Of a DNA stretch of 32,000 nucleotides, positions 14,499 to 22,073 are shown one piece after another. Source of the DNA: Geobacter metallireducens GS-15 (lineage in GTDB: Bacteria; Desulfobacterota; Desulfuromonadia; Geobacterales; Geobacteraceae); assembly GCF_000012925.1 (NCBI RefSeq), contig NC_007517.1, positions 2,640,001 through 2,672,000 on the forward strand. The letters run 5' to 3'. Numbering within the stretch: position 1 is the stretch's first letter; every line of letters starts with the position of its first letter. A program made the position numbers and the translations under genes. The notes below the pieces were generated by a model. That model was not told where the DNA came from. It worked only from the letters and a program-made list of their open reading frames with translations, and did not search any database.

Positions 14499-14530
14499 CC
14501 TCGCTACCTCGCTACCTCGCTACCTCGCTC
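14499..14530. repeat. Tandem 8-nt repeat, about 4 copies (plus strand CCTCGCTA x3 plus CCTCGCTC), spanning the stop codon of waaA
   Basis: Read directly from the sequence: cctcgcta cctcgcta cctcgcta cctcgctc. The minus strand reads GAGCGAGGTAGCGAGGTAGCGAGGTAG and encodes the final ERGSEVAR* of WaaA. Confidence 0.85.
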
Positions 14531-15814
14531 AATGAGCGGGCCGATGATCTCCAGATGCCGTGCGGCAGCGCCTCCCTGGTCCGCCATGAGCCGGATGCCG
14601 TTCTCCCCCATGGACCGGCGGGCGGGTTCATCGGCCAACAGACGGCGCAGGGTCGCTTCCAGCTCCCCATGATCGTTGACCTGCTCTCCCGCTCCGGCAC
14701 CGAGCACGAGGGCCGTGATCTCGCGGAAATTGTGCATGTGGGGGCCGAACAGGACCGGCGCGCCCACCGATGCCGGCTCCAGGAGGTTATGCCCCCCCAC
14801 CGGGACAAGGCTCCCTCCCACGAACACCACGTCCGACAGGGCGTAGAGCTTCATCAGTTCGCCGATGGTGTCCACTAGGAGAACGCCGCCGCGTGGCTGC
14901 TCCTGAACCTTGTCCAAGGCCGAACGGCGCACGAAGGGAATCCCTTTCCCCTCCAGGAGGGTTCCCACCTCGACGGCCCGTTCCGGGTGACGCGGCACAA
15001 GAACCAGGAAGAGATCAGATCTCTCTCCCGCGAGACGGGCATAGATGTCCGCCACAACCTCCTCTTCCCCGGCATGGGTGCTCCCCGCTGTGATGATGAG
15101 TGCGCCGGCAGGCAGGCGATAGCTGCAGAGCAGTTCCTGGCGCTCAGCCGGCGTGAGCGATCTGACAGGCAGATCATACTTGAGATTGCGCGTTACGTGG
15201 ACACGCTCCGCAGGCGCTCCGACGGCGATTATGCGGCGGGCGTCCTCGCTGCTCTGCATGCAGAGGGCTGACAGGTTGTTCAGGATGGGAGCAAAAAAGC
15301 GGGAGAACCGGAGATAGCGAGGGAAGGAACGGTCCGAGATGCGGCCGTTGACCATGACTGACGGGATCCCCGTCCGGCGGGCGTGGCGGAGGAAATTGGG
15401 CCAGATCTCGGTTTCCACCACGATGACCAGCGAGGGCGCAACGAGTCGAAGCGCCCGGGCAACGGCGAAGCCGAAATCAAAAGGGAAGTAGACCACCAGA
15501 TCCGCTTCGGGGATAGTGACCGCCACCGACCGCCCCGTCTCCGTCACCGATGACAGCACGAGGGGACGTTCGGGAAAGCGGCGCTTCAGCTCCCGCAGGA
15601 GCGGCTTCACCGCCATGGTTTCCCCCACCGACACCGCGTGGACCCAGATCGGCCCCTTGCCGGCAACCCGTGCGAGGCTCTCCGGCGCTATGCACCCGAA
15701 CCGCTCCCCGAAACCGGCGAAACTTCTCCCCCGGCTCACCGTCCGCCACGCGTGGTGGATAAGGATCAGGGGGGAGAGGAGGAGCAGTAGTATGTCATAC
15801 ACCAGAAATATCAT
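14504..15814 (-). CDS. waaA: 3-deoxy-D-manno-octulosonic acid (Kdo) transferase
   Basis: N-terminal anchor MIFLVYDILLLLLSPLILI, then PIWVHAVSVGE, and the C-terminal GGSLVPVGGHNLLEPA block typical of KdtA/WaaA (GT30). Confidence 0.9.
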   Translation of the reverse strand: MIFLVYDILLLLLSPLILIHHAWRTVSRGRSFAGFGERFGCIAPESLARVAGKGPIWVHAVSVGETMAVKPLLRELKRRFPERPLVLSSVTETGRSVAVTIPEADLVVYFPFDFGFAVARALRLVAPSLVIVVETEIWPNFLRHARRTGIPSVMVNGRISDRSFPRYLRFSRFFAPILNNLSALCMQSSEDARRIIAVGAPAERVHVTRNLKYDLPVRSLTPAERQELLCSYRLPAGALIITAGSTHAGEEEVVADIYARLAGERSDLFLVLVPRHPERAVEVGTLLEGKGIPFVRRSALDKVQEQPRGGVLLVDTIGELMKLYALSDVVFVGGSLVPVGGHNLLEPASVGAPVLFGPHMHNFREITALVLGAGAGEQVNDHGELEATLRRLLADEPARRSMGENGIRLMADQGGAAARHLEIIGPLIERGSEVAR

Positions 15815-15840
15815 CGAAACGCTCTATCCCCGCTGCCGCC

Positions 15841-15868
15841 GGTCCCTGGTCCCTGGTCCCCGGTCCCG
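15841..15868 (-). repeat. Four tandem heptads (minus strand GGGACCR) forming a canonical G-quadruplex motif in the msbA-waaA intergenic spacer
   Basis: The plus strand reads ggtccct ggtccct ggtcccc ggtcccg. The minus strand reads GGGACCGGGGACCAGGGACCAGGG, i.e. G3-N3-G4-N4-G3-N4-G3 (core 15844-15867). Confidence 0.6.
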
Positions 15869-15872
15869 GCCT

Positions 15873-17588
15873 CTAACTGAATTGCATATCGTAGAGCTTG
15901 CGGTAGAGGCCGCCGCGGGCCAGGAGTTCGTCGTTGGTCCCCACCTCCACCACTTCTCCCCTGTCGATGACCACGATCCGGTCCGCATGGAGCACGGTGG
16001 AAAGCCGGTGGGCAATGACGAGGGTGGTCCGGTTCTTCATGAGATTGGCAAGGGCCTGCTGGACCATATGCTCGCTCTCGGTATCGAGGGCGCTAGTGGC
16101 CTCGTCCAGGAGGAGTATGGGCGCATCCTTGAGAATGGCCCGGGCGATGCAGAGCCGCTGGCGCTGGCCGCCGGAGAGCCGCACCCCCCGATCGCCGATG
16201 TTCGTATCGTATCCTTCCGGCATATCCATGATGAAATCGTGGGCAAAGGCGGCCCGGGCAGCCCGCTCCACCGCCTCCATGGGGGCATCAGAGTTGCCAA
16301 GCCTGATATTGTTGGCAATAGTATCGTTGAAGAGGACCGTTTCCTGATCCACCAGGGCAACATGGCTGAGAAGGTCATCCAGGCGCGCCTGCCGCACGTC
16401 GACCCCGTCGACGAGGACCGCGCCGCCGGTTACGTCGTAGAAGCGTGGAATGAGCGACATGATGGTCGTCTTTCCTGCCCCCGACGGGCCCACCAGCGCC
16501 ACCACCTCGCCCCTTCCCGCCGAGAGCGACACGTTGCGCAGGACTTCCTCGTCGTTATAGCGGAACGAGACGTTGCGCAACTCCACGGAGCCCTGGGGCG
16601 GCCCCATCTCCACCGGCTCGGCGGGGTCCTCTATGTCGGCCCTCTGGTCGATCACCTCAAAGACCCGCTCCGCGGCCCCCACAGCCTGCTGGACAGTATT
16701 ATAGGAACTGAGCAGCTTCTTCACCGGCCCGTAGAGCATTACCATGGCGGTCAGGAAGGAGAAGAACTCGGACGCGGACATGCGGCCGTGCATGACCTGG
16801 CTCCCCCCGAACCAGATGACCCCTGCTACACCAAGGGAGGTGATAATCTCCATGATCGGCGTGTGGAGCGACTCGTACTTGATACTCTTTCTGAGGTAAT
16901 GGTAGAGGCCGAGATTCGTCTGGCTGAACCGGTCGATGAAACGCCGCTCCAGGCGGAACGCCTTGACCACCTTGATCCCGGTGAAGGTTTCCTGGAGGAT
17001 GCTCGTAATCTCCCCCATCTGGCCAAGGGACTGCTTTGCCAGGTTCTTGATCCGCTTGCCGATCTTCTGGGCCGGCACGGCCGTGAGGGGGAGAACGATG
17101 AAGGTGATGAGGGCCAGCTGCCAGTTCCGGTAAAAGATGACACCGAGGAGCCCAATGGCCGTCACCCCGTCCCGCAACAGTCCCGTCACCACATTGGCCA
17201 CTCCTGACTGCATCTGTCCCACATCGCTCATGACCCGGGACATGAGAACGCCCGTGGGATTGTCGGCGAAATAGCGCAGCGGCAGCCCCATGTGCTTCTG
17301 GTACACTTCGTTGCGGATGTCCTGGATCGCCAACTGCCCCGCGGTGGAGATGTAGTATTGCTGCACGAAACGGGCGACGCCCCGGAGGATAAAGACGATC
17401 ATCACCGCCACGGGGAGGAGGATAAAAATCGTCATGTCCTTTTCGGTGAATATCTTCTTGAGAAGCGGCTCCACCAGCCAGGCGATGGCCGCGTCGGTTC
17501 CGCCGACACACAGGGAGGCCACCATGGAAATGGCAATGCGCCACCCGTAGGGTTTGCTGTAGCGTAAGAGGCGTTTGAAGGTTTCCAT
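15873..17588 (-). CDS. msbA: Lipid A export ABC transporter, fused permease/ATPase
   Basis: 571 aa with a six-helix TMD then an NBD: Walker A GPSGAGKTT, signature LSGGQRQR, Walker B ILLLDEATSALD. It sits between lpxB and waaA. The start overlaps the lpxB stop as TAATG. Confidence 0.85.
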   Translation of the reverse strand: METFKRLLRYSKPYGWRIAISMVASLCVGGTDAAIAWLVEPLLKKIFTEKDMTIFILLPVAVMIVFILRGVARFVQQYYISTAGQLAIQDIRNEVYQKHMGLPLRYFADNPTGVLMSRVMSDVGQMQSGVANVVTGLLRDGVTAIGLLGVIFYRNWQLALITFIVLPLTAVPAQKIGKRIKNLAKQSLGQMGEITSILQETFTGIKVVKAFRLERRFIDRFSQTNLGLYHYLRKSIKYESLHTPIMEIITSLGVAGVIWFGGSQVMHGRMSASEFFSFLTAMVMLYGPVKKLLSSYNTVQQAVGAAERVFEVIDQRADIEDPAEPVEMGPPQGSVELRNVSFRYNDEEVLRNVSLSAGRGEVVALVGPSGAGKTTIMSLIPRFYDVTGGAVLVDGVDVRQARLDDLLSHVALVDQETVLFNDTIANNIRLGNSDAPMEAVERAARAAFAHDFIMDMPEGYDTNIGDRGVRLSGGQRQRLCIARAILKDAPILLLDEATSALDTESEHMVQQALANLMKNRTTLVIAHRLSTVLHADRIVVIDRGEVVEVGTNDELLARGGLYRKLYDMQFS

Positions 17589-18742
17589 TATCTCTTCTTT
17601 CCGAGCATCTCGAGGACGATTCCCGCCACCCGTTCCGAGCAGCCCCCGGAACCGAGCTTTTCCCTGACCCTGGCAAGCCCGGCCCGGGTTTTCTCCGTGT
17701 GGACAGGGTCATCCAGATAACGGCCGATCTCCGCGGCGATCCGCTCGGCGGTGGCCTCGTCCTGGATCAGTTCCGGCACCACCCGCTCTCCCGCCACGAT
17801 GTTGCAGATGCCGATGTGATCGACCCGGATGAGGCGCTTGCCCACCTCGTAGGTCAGGGGGGATACCGTGTAGATGATCACCATCGGCACCCCCATGAGG
17901 GCGATTTCAAGGGTAACCGTCCCCGATACCGTCGCGATGGCATCGCAGACCTGCATCACGTCGTAGACCTTGTCCCGGGCCACGACAACCTCCAGCCCCG
18001 ACGCCGCCAGATGGGGAGCGATGTCGGCATCGGTCAGGCTCGATGCCAGGGGAAGGATGAACTGGATGCCGGGGTAACGGTCCCGTAAAAGTTTCGCGCT
18101 CTCCAGGATAACCGGGAAGAGTCGGGCGATTTCCCCCCGGCGGCTCCCCGGGAAGAGCCCCACCACCCGCCGGGAAGGATCGAGCCCGAAGGCAGCCAGG
18201 GCCTCGCTGCGGCTCATTGACGGGGAGACGCGATCCGCCAGGGGATGCCCCACGAAGGATACCGGTACACCCGCCTTCTCGTAAAAGGGGACCTCAAAGG
18301 GAAAGACCACCGCCATCCGGTCCACGAGCCGGGCGATCTTTTTCACCCGCCCCGTCCGCCAGGCCCAGACCTGGGGACTGATGTAGTAGAGCACCTTGAC
18401 CCCGGCCCGCTTCGCCACCTTTGCCACGAGCATGTTGAAATCCGGGTAGTCGATGAGGATCAGAAGGTCCGGCGGATTGGTCGTGATGAGACGCTTGAGG
18501 GTAGCGTATGCCTTGTAGATGACGCCGAAGTGGGCAAGCACCTCCACGAGCCCCACCACCGCCATTTCCGAAGAATCGACAACGGTCTCCACCCCCGCCG
18601 CCCGCATGTGCGGGCCGCCAATGCCGAAAAATGAGAGGGTCGGATCGAGGCGCAGAGCCTCTTTCACCAGGTTCGAGCCATGGAGGTCGCCGGAAGCCTC
18701 GCCGGCCACGATCATCACGCGTTTGTTCGGAGCGGTACCCAT
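17588..18742 (-). CDS. lpxB: Lipid-A-disaccharide synthase
   Basis: KRVMIVAGEASGDLHGSNL, DYPDFNM, YISPQVWAWR and VSGTVTLE blocks. The likely start is ATG 18742 (MGTAPNKRVMIVAGE), not 18790. Confidence 0.9.
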   Translation of the reverse strand: MGTAPNKRVMIVAGEASGDLHGSNLVKEALRLDPTLSFFGIGGPHMRAAGVETVVDSSEMAVVGLVEVLAHFGVIYKAYATLKRLITTNPPDLLILIDYPDFNMLVAKVAKRAGVKVLYYISPQVWAWRTGRVKKIARLVDRMAVVFPFEVPFYEKAGVPVSFVGHPLADRVSPSMSRSEALAAFGLDPSRRVVGLFPGSRRGEIARLFPVILESAKLLRDRYPGIQFILPLASSLTDADIAPHLAASGLEVVVARDKVYDVMQVCDAIATVSGTVTLEIALMGVPMVIIYTVSPLTYEVGKRLIRVDHIGICNIVAGERVVPELIQDEATAERIAAEIGRYLDDPVHTEKTRAGLARVREKLGSGGCSERVAGIVLEMLGKKR

Positions 18743-18752
18743 ACGAATACAA

Positions 18753-18777
18753 AGAGACGCCCACGGGGGGCGTCTCT
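18753..18777 (-). terminator. Strong GC-rich stem-loop with a U-rich tail in the gnnB-like/lpxB spacer (intrinsic terminator or attenuator-like)
   Basis: The minus strand reads AGAGACGCCC-CCCGT-GGGCGTCTCT followed by TTGTATTCGT and then the lpxB ATG. The stem is a perfect 10 bp. Confidence 0.4.
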
Positions 18778-18807
18778 CCCTTTCATGCACGAAAGCGTTG
18801 CTTCCGG

Positions 18808-19908
18808 CTATGCCTTGAGGGCCGATTTCACCACGTCCACGACCCGGCGTACCTGTTCTTCGGTCATCTCCGGGAAGATGGGGAGGGACATGCAGCGGGA
18901 TGCCACCTCCTCGGCCGCGGGGAGGGAAACACCGGCGTAGTCGGCGGCGAAGACATCCTGCTTGTGCAGAGGAATCGGATAGTAAACCGCCGAGGCAATC
19001 CCCGCGTCGGTGAGGGCCTTCATGATGGCGTCGCGGCGGTCGGTGAGAAGCGTGTACTGGTGGTAGACATGGGTTCCCTTGCCATCCTCGAAGGGAGGGG
19101 TGGCGCCGGTGCCGGCCAGCAGTTCGCTGTAGAGGTGAGCCACGCGGCGGCGCCCCTCGCTGTATTCCCGGATGTGCTTGAGCTTCACCCGCAGGATCAC
19201 GGCCTGTATCTCGTCAAGGCGGCTGTTGTAGCCAATGACCGAGTGATGGTAGCGAACCTTGCTCCCGTGGTTGCGGAGCACCTTCACCCGCTCGGCCAGT
19301 TCCGGGCAGGAGGTGGTGACAAGGCCGCCATCGCCATAGCACCCCAGGTTCTTGCTGGGGAAGAAGCTGAAGGCCCCCAGCGCCCCGAAGGTGCCGGTCA
19401 TGCGACCATTAACGTCGGCGCCGAAGGACTGGGCGCAGTCTTCGATCATCAAAAGACCATGCTTGGTGCAGAGGGCCTGGATGGCATCCATGTCCGCCGG
19501 CTGGCCGAAGAGATGAACCGGAAGGACCGCCTTGGTCCTGGGGGTGATGGCCGCCTCGATCCTGGCAGGATCGATATTGAAGCTCTTGGGGTCCACGTCC
19601 ACGAAGACCGGCGTGGCCCCCACGTAACGGATCGCCTCGGCAGTGGCGATAAAGGTGAAGGGAGAGGTGATCACCTCATCACCCTCCGTGATCCCTGCAG
19701 CGGCAAGGGCCAGGTGGAGGGCGTCGGTCCCCGAGGCAACGCCGATGGCATGCTTTACGCCGAGAAACGCGGCCGCTTCCTCCTCGAACGCCGTCACGTT
19801 GGGCCCGAGAATGAACTGGGTCTTTTCAAGGGCTTCCAGAATGCCCCTGTCGATCTCCTCCTTTATTGCATGATACTGCACCTTCAAATCCACCATCGGA
19901 ATATTCAT
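18808..19908 (-). CDS. gnnB: DegT-family PLP aminotransferase, GnnB-like (UDP-3-keto-GlcNAc transaminase candidate)
   Basis: MNIPMVDLKVQYHAIKEEIDRGILEALEKTQFILGPNVTAFEEEAAAFLGVKHAIGVASGTDALHLAL and FSFFPSKNLG (PLP lysine). Its position between lpxA and lpxB beside a Gfo/Idh/MocA oxidoreductase matches the gnnA-gnnB arrangement. The start is ATG 19908. Confidence 0.6.
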   Translation of the reverse strand: MNIPMVDLKVQYHAIKEEIDRGILEALEKTQFILGPNVTAFEEEAAAFLGVKHAIGVASGTDALHLALAAAGITEGDEVITSPFTFIATAEAIRYVGATPVFVDVDPKSFNIDPARIEAAITPRTKAVLPVHLFGQPADMDAIQALCTKHGLLMIEDCAQSFGADVNGRMTGTFGALGAFSFFPSKNLGCYGDGGLVTTSCPELAERVKVLRNHGSKVRYHHSVIGYNSRLDEIQAVILRVKLKHIREYSEGRRRVAHLYSELLAGTGATPPFEDGKGTHVYHQYTLLTDRRDAIMKALTDAGIASAVYYPIPLHKQDVFAADYAGVSLPAAEEVASRCMSLPIFPEMTEEQVRRVVDVVKSALKA

Positions 19909-19916
19909 GGTTTCCC

Positions 19917-20849
19917 TCACAGTTTTTTGCTGATCTTTATCGCCGTTTCCAGCGCCCGCTTGCCGTCCTGGCCCGATACCACCGGCTTTGCGCCCGTCCG
20001 GACGCACTCCAGGAACGAGGCTATTTCGGACTTCAGGGCATCTCCCTGATCAAACGACTTTTCCTCCATGTCAACCTTGGGAACACCGGGAAGCATTTCT
20101 CCGCTCCCCTTGCGGAACACCGCCAGCTTCTTGTTCTGGAAGTCGACGGAGATGTAGGAGTCGGCCTGGAATATCCGCATCTTCCGCTCGCTCTTGAGGC
20201 TGATGCGGCTGGCCGTGACGTTGGCCACGCAACCGTTCTCGAACTGGATGCGGGCGTTGGCGATATCCTCCTCGTCGGTGAAGACCGGGGCGCCAATGGA
20301 GCTGATCTGCTTCACCGGCGAGCCGACAATGGTCTGGATGATGTCGATGTCATGGATCATCAGATCAAGAACCACGTTCACATCGGTTCCCCGGGGCTTG
20401 AAGGGAGCGATCCGGATCGACTCAATGAAGCGGGGCCCGGTCAGAAGTCCCTTGAGGCCCACGATCACCGGGTTGAACCGCTCAAGGTGCCCCACCTGGA
20501 AGACCACACCGTTATCTTCGGCAAGCCGGATGAGTTCGTCGGCCTCTTCGACCGTGGTCGTAACCGGTTTCTCCAGGAGGACGTGAACGCCCCGTTCCAG
20601 AAACGCCCGCGCCACCTCGAAGTGGAACTGGGTCGGCACCACGATGCTGACGGCGTCGACCTTGTCGAGCAGCTCCCGGTAATCGGTGTAGGGGGCCGTC
20701 CCCACCTTGGCGGCCACCTCCTCCGCCCGGGGCCTGCTGGTATCAACCACCCCGATCAGATCCGACTCAGGGAGCTGGGCGAATTTCTCCGCGTGGAAGA
20801 GGCCCAGATAGCCAACGCCGATCACCGCGGTCCGAATCTTTTCCGTCAT
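19917..20849 (-). CDS. gnnA: Gfo/Idh/MocA-family NAD-dependent oxidoreductase, GnnA-like
   Basis: Rossmann N-terminus IRTAVIGVGYLGLFHAEKF plus the EKP block VHVLLEKPV. ATGA overlap with the lpxA stop. Confidence 0.6.
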   Translation of the reverse strand: MTEKIRTAVIGVGYLGLFHAEKFAQLPESDLIGVVDTSRPRAEEVAAKVGTAPYTDYRELLDKVDAVSIVVPTQFHFEVARAFLERGVHVLLEKPVTTTVEEADELIRLAEDNGVVFQVGHLERFNPVIVGLKGLLTGPRFIESIRIAPFKPRGTDVNVVLDLMIHDIDIIQTIVGSPVKQISSIGAPVFTDEEDIANARIQFENGCVANVTASRISLKSERKMRIFQADSYISVDFQNKKLAVFRKGSGEMLPGVPKVDMEEKSFDQGDALKSEIASFLECVRTGAKPVVSGQDGKRALETAIKISKKL

Positions 20850-21616
20850 CGGCAGATACCCCTTTCCGATTTTTGTGCGAACTCGATGAAGTGAACGATC
20901 TCGGGAGACATGGGGACCTCTTCCCGGATGCGGGCAATGGCCTCGTCGAGCCGCAACCCCGACCGGAGCATCAGACGATAGGCCTTCTTCACGGCACTGA
21001 TTGTGTCCGGGGAGAAGCCGCGCCGCTTGAGGCCTACGGTGTTGAGCCCCGCCGACGTGGCCCGGTTGCCGCTGGCGATGGTATAGGGGAGGACATCCTG
21101 CCCCACCATGGCGCCGCCGGAGAGCATGGCGCTCTCGCCAACCCGCGTGAATTGGTGCACGGCGGAAAGCCCGCCGAGAATGGCATGATCCTCCACCACC
21201 ACGTGCCCCGCCAGGGTCGATCCGTTGGCCATGATGACCCGGTTGCCGACAACGCAGTCATGGGCCACATGGCAGTAGGCCATGAAGAGGTTTCCCTCGC
21301 CGATCACCGTTTCGCCGATACCGGTCACCGTTCCCGGCTGGAGGGTCGTGAACTCCCGGATAATGTTCCTCTTGCCGATCCGGAGCCAGGTTTCCTCACC
21401 CCGGTACTTGAGATCCTGGGGGATCCCCCCCACAGACGCCATATGAAAGATCTGGCACTCCTCGCCAATATCGGTCCAGCCGTCAATGACCGAGTGGGCG
21501 CCAATCCGTGACCCGCGGCCGATCCTGACATGCTCGCCGATGATGGCATAGGGGCCGATCTCGACCCCTTCGGCCACCTGCGCCTCGGGGTGTACGATTG
21601 CCGTGGGATGAATCAT
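20846..21616 (-). CDS. lpxA: Acyl-ACP:UDP-N-acetylglucosamine (or UDP-GlcNAc3N) O/N-acyltransferase
   Basis: MIHPTAIVHPEAQVAEGVEIGPYAIIGEHVRIG hexapeptide repeats, HVAHDC, and the C-terminal helical domain GLNTVGLKRRGFS. The start is ATG 21616, 2 nt after the fabZ stop. Confidence 0.9.
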   Translation of the reverse strand: MIHPTAIVHPEAQVAEGVEIGPYAIIGEHVRIGRGSRIGAHSVIDGWTDIGEECQIFHMASVGGIPQDLKYRGEETWLRIGKRNIIREFTTLQPGTVTGIGETVIGEGNLFMAYCHVAHDCVVGNRVIMANGSTLAGHVVVEDHAILGGLSAVHQFTRVGESAMLSGGAMVGQDVLPYTIASGNRATSAGLNTVGLKRRGFSPDTISAVKKAYRLMLRSGLRLDEAIARIREEVPMSPEIVHFIEFAQKSERGICR

Positions 21617-21618
21617 TG

Positions 21619-22071
21619 TTACAACCTGTCCTTGTCGGCAAAGGTGGCCTTGAGTTCCGCCTGGGTCGTCACCTTCCCCTTGACAATGGCCTTGGCGCTG
21701 AAACACCAGATGCCGCGCTTGCACCCGGTGGCCGCAACCTCGATCCGGAGTTGGTCTCCCGGCAGCACCGGCTTGCGGAATTTCACGTTGTCAATGGAAG
21801 CAAAATAGCAGACTTTATTCCGGACTTCGTCGTCCGATGCCATGTATGCAAGGATACCACCCACCTGGGCCATGGCCTCGACAATCAGCACCCCCGGCAT
21901 GATGGGATGACCGGGGAAATGTCCCTGGAAGAAAGGCTCGTTGATGGTAACGTTCTTGATCCCCACGATCCTTTCTCCCGGCACGTGCTCCACGATCCGG
22001 TCCACCAGGAGAAAGGGGTAACGGTGGGGAAGGATTTTCATGATTTCATTGATATCAAAGACAGTTTCCAT
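21619..22071 (-). CDS. fabZ: 3-hydroxyacyl-ACP dehydratase
   Basis: ILPHRYPFLLVDRI, FFQGHFPGHPIMPGVLIVEAMAQ; 150 aa; lies between lpxD and lpxA. Confidence 0.95.
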   Translation of the reverse strand: METVFDINEIMKILPHRYPFLLVDRIVEHVPGERIVGIKNVTINEPFFQGHFPGHPIMPGVLIVEAMAQVGGILAYMASDDEVRNKVCYFASIDNVKFRKPVLPGDQLRIEVAATGCKRGIWCFSAKAIVKGKVTTQAELKATFADKDRL

Positions 22072-22073
22072 TA

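Noticed and set aside
14499-15868. Considered whether the short tandem repeats at 14499-14530 and 15841-15868 could be CRISPR or a minisatellite array
   Set aside because: The units are 8 and 7 nt, directly tandem with no spacers, and only about 4 copies each. They are microsatellites, not CRISPR.
15516-17207. 563-aa plus-strand ORF, the longest plus-strand ORF in the track
   Set aside because: It lies entirely antisense to msbA and waaA, whose translations carry unmistakable family motifs. Its own translation is a low-complexity R/G/P/H/A-rich string with no recognisable domain. This is the typical stop-free shadow frame of GC3-rich genes.
16699-17712. 337-aa minus-strand ORF out of frame with msbA/lpxB; similarly 5250-5903 (217 aa) inside the MBOAT gene
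   Set aside because: These are alternative frames of genes whose main frames carry complete family signatures. The alternative translations are Arg/Pro/Gly-rich nonsense.
18631-20894. Plus-strand ORFs 18631-20049 (472 aa) and 19866-20894 (342 aa)
   Set aside because: They are antisense shadows of the gnnB-like, gnnA-like and lpxB genes, and no family features were recognised.
9531-21724. N-terminal extensions suggested by the maximal ORFs (9531-10736, 10399-11361, 11369-12235, 12115-13338, 17588-18790, 18808-20007, 20846-21724)
   Set aside because: In each case the extension overlaps the C-terminus of the upstream gene and is not family-like. An internal ATG or GTG also sits exactly where homologous proteins begin, often with an SD or an ATGA/TAGTG coupling junction. 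Trimmed coordinates were therefore reported.
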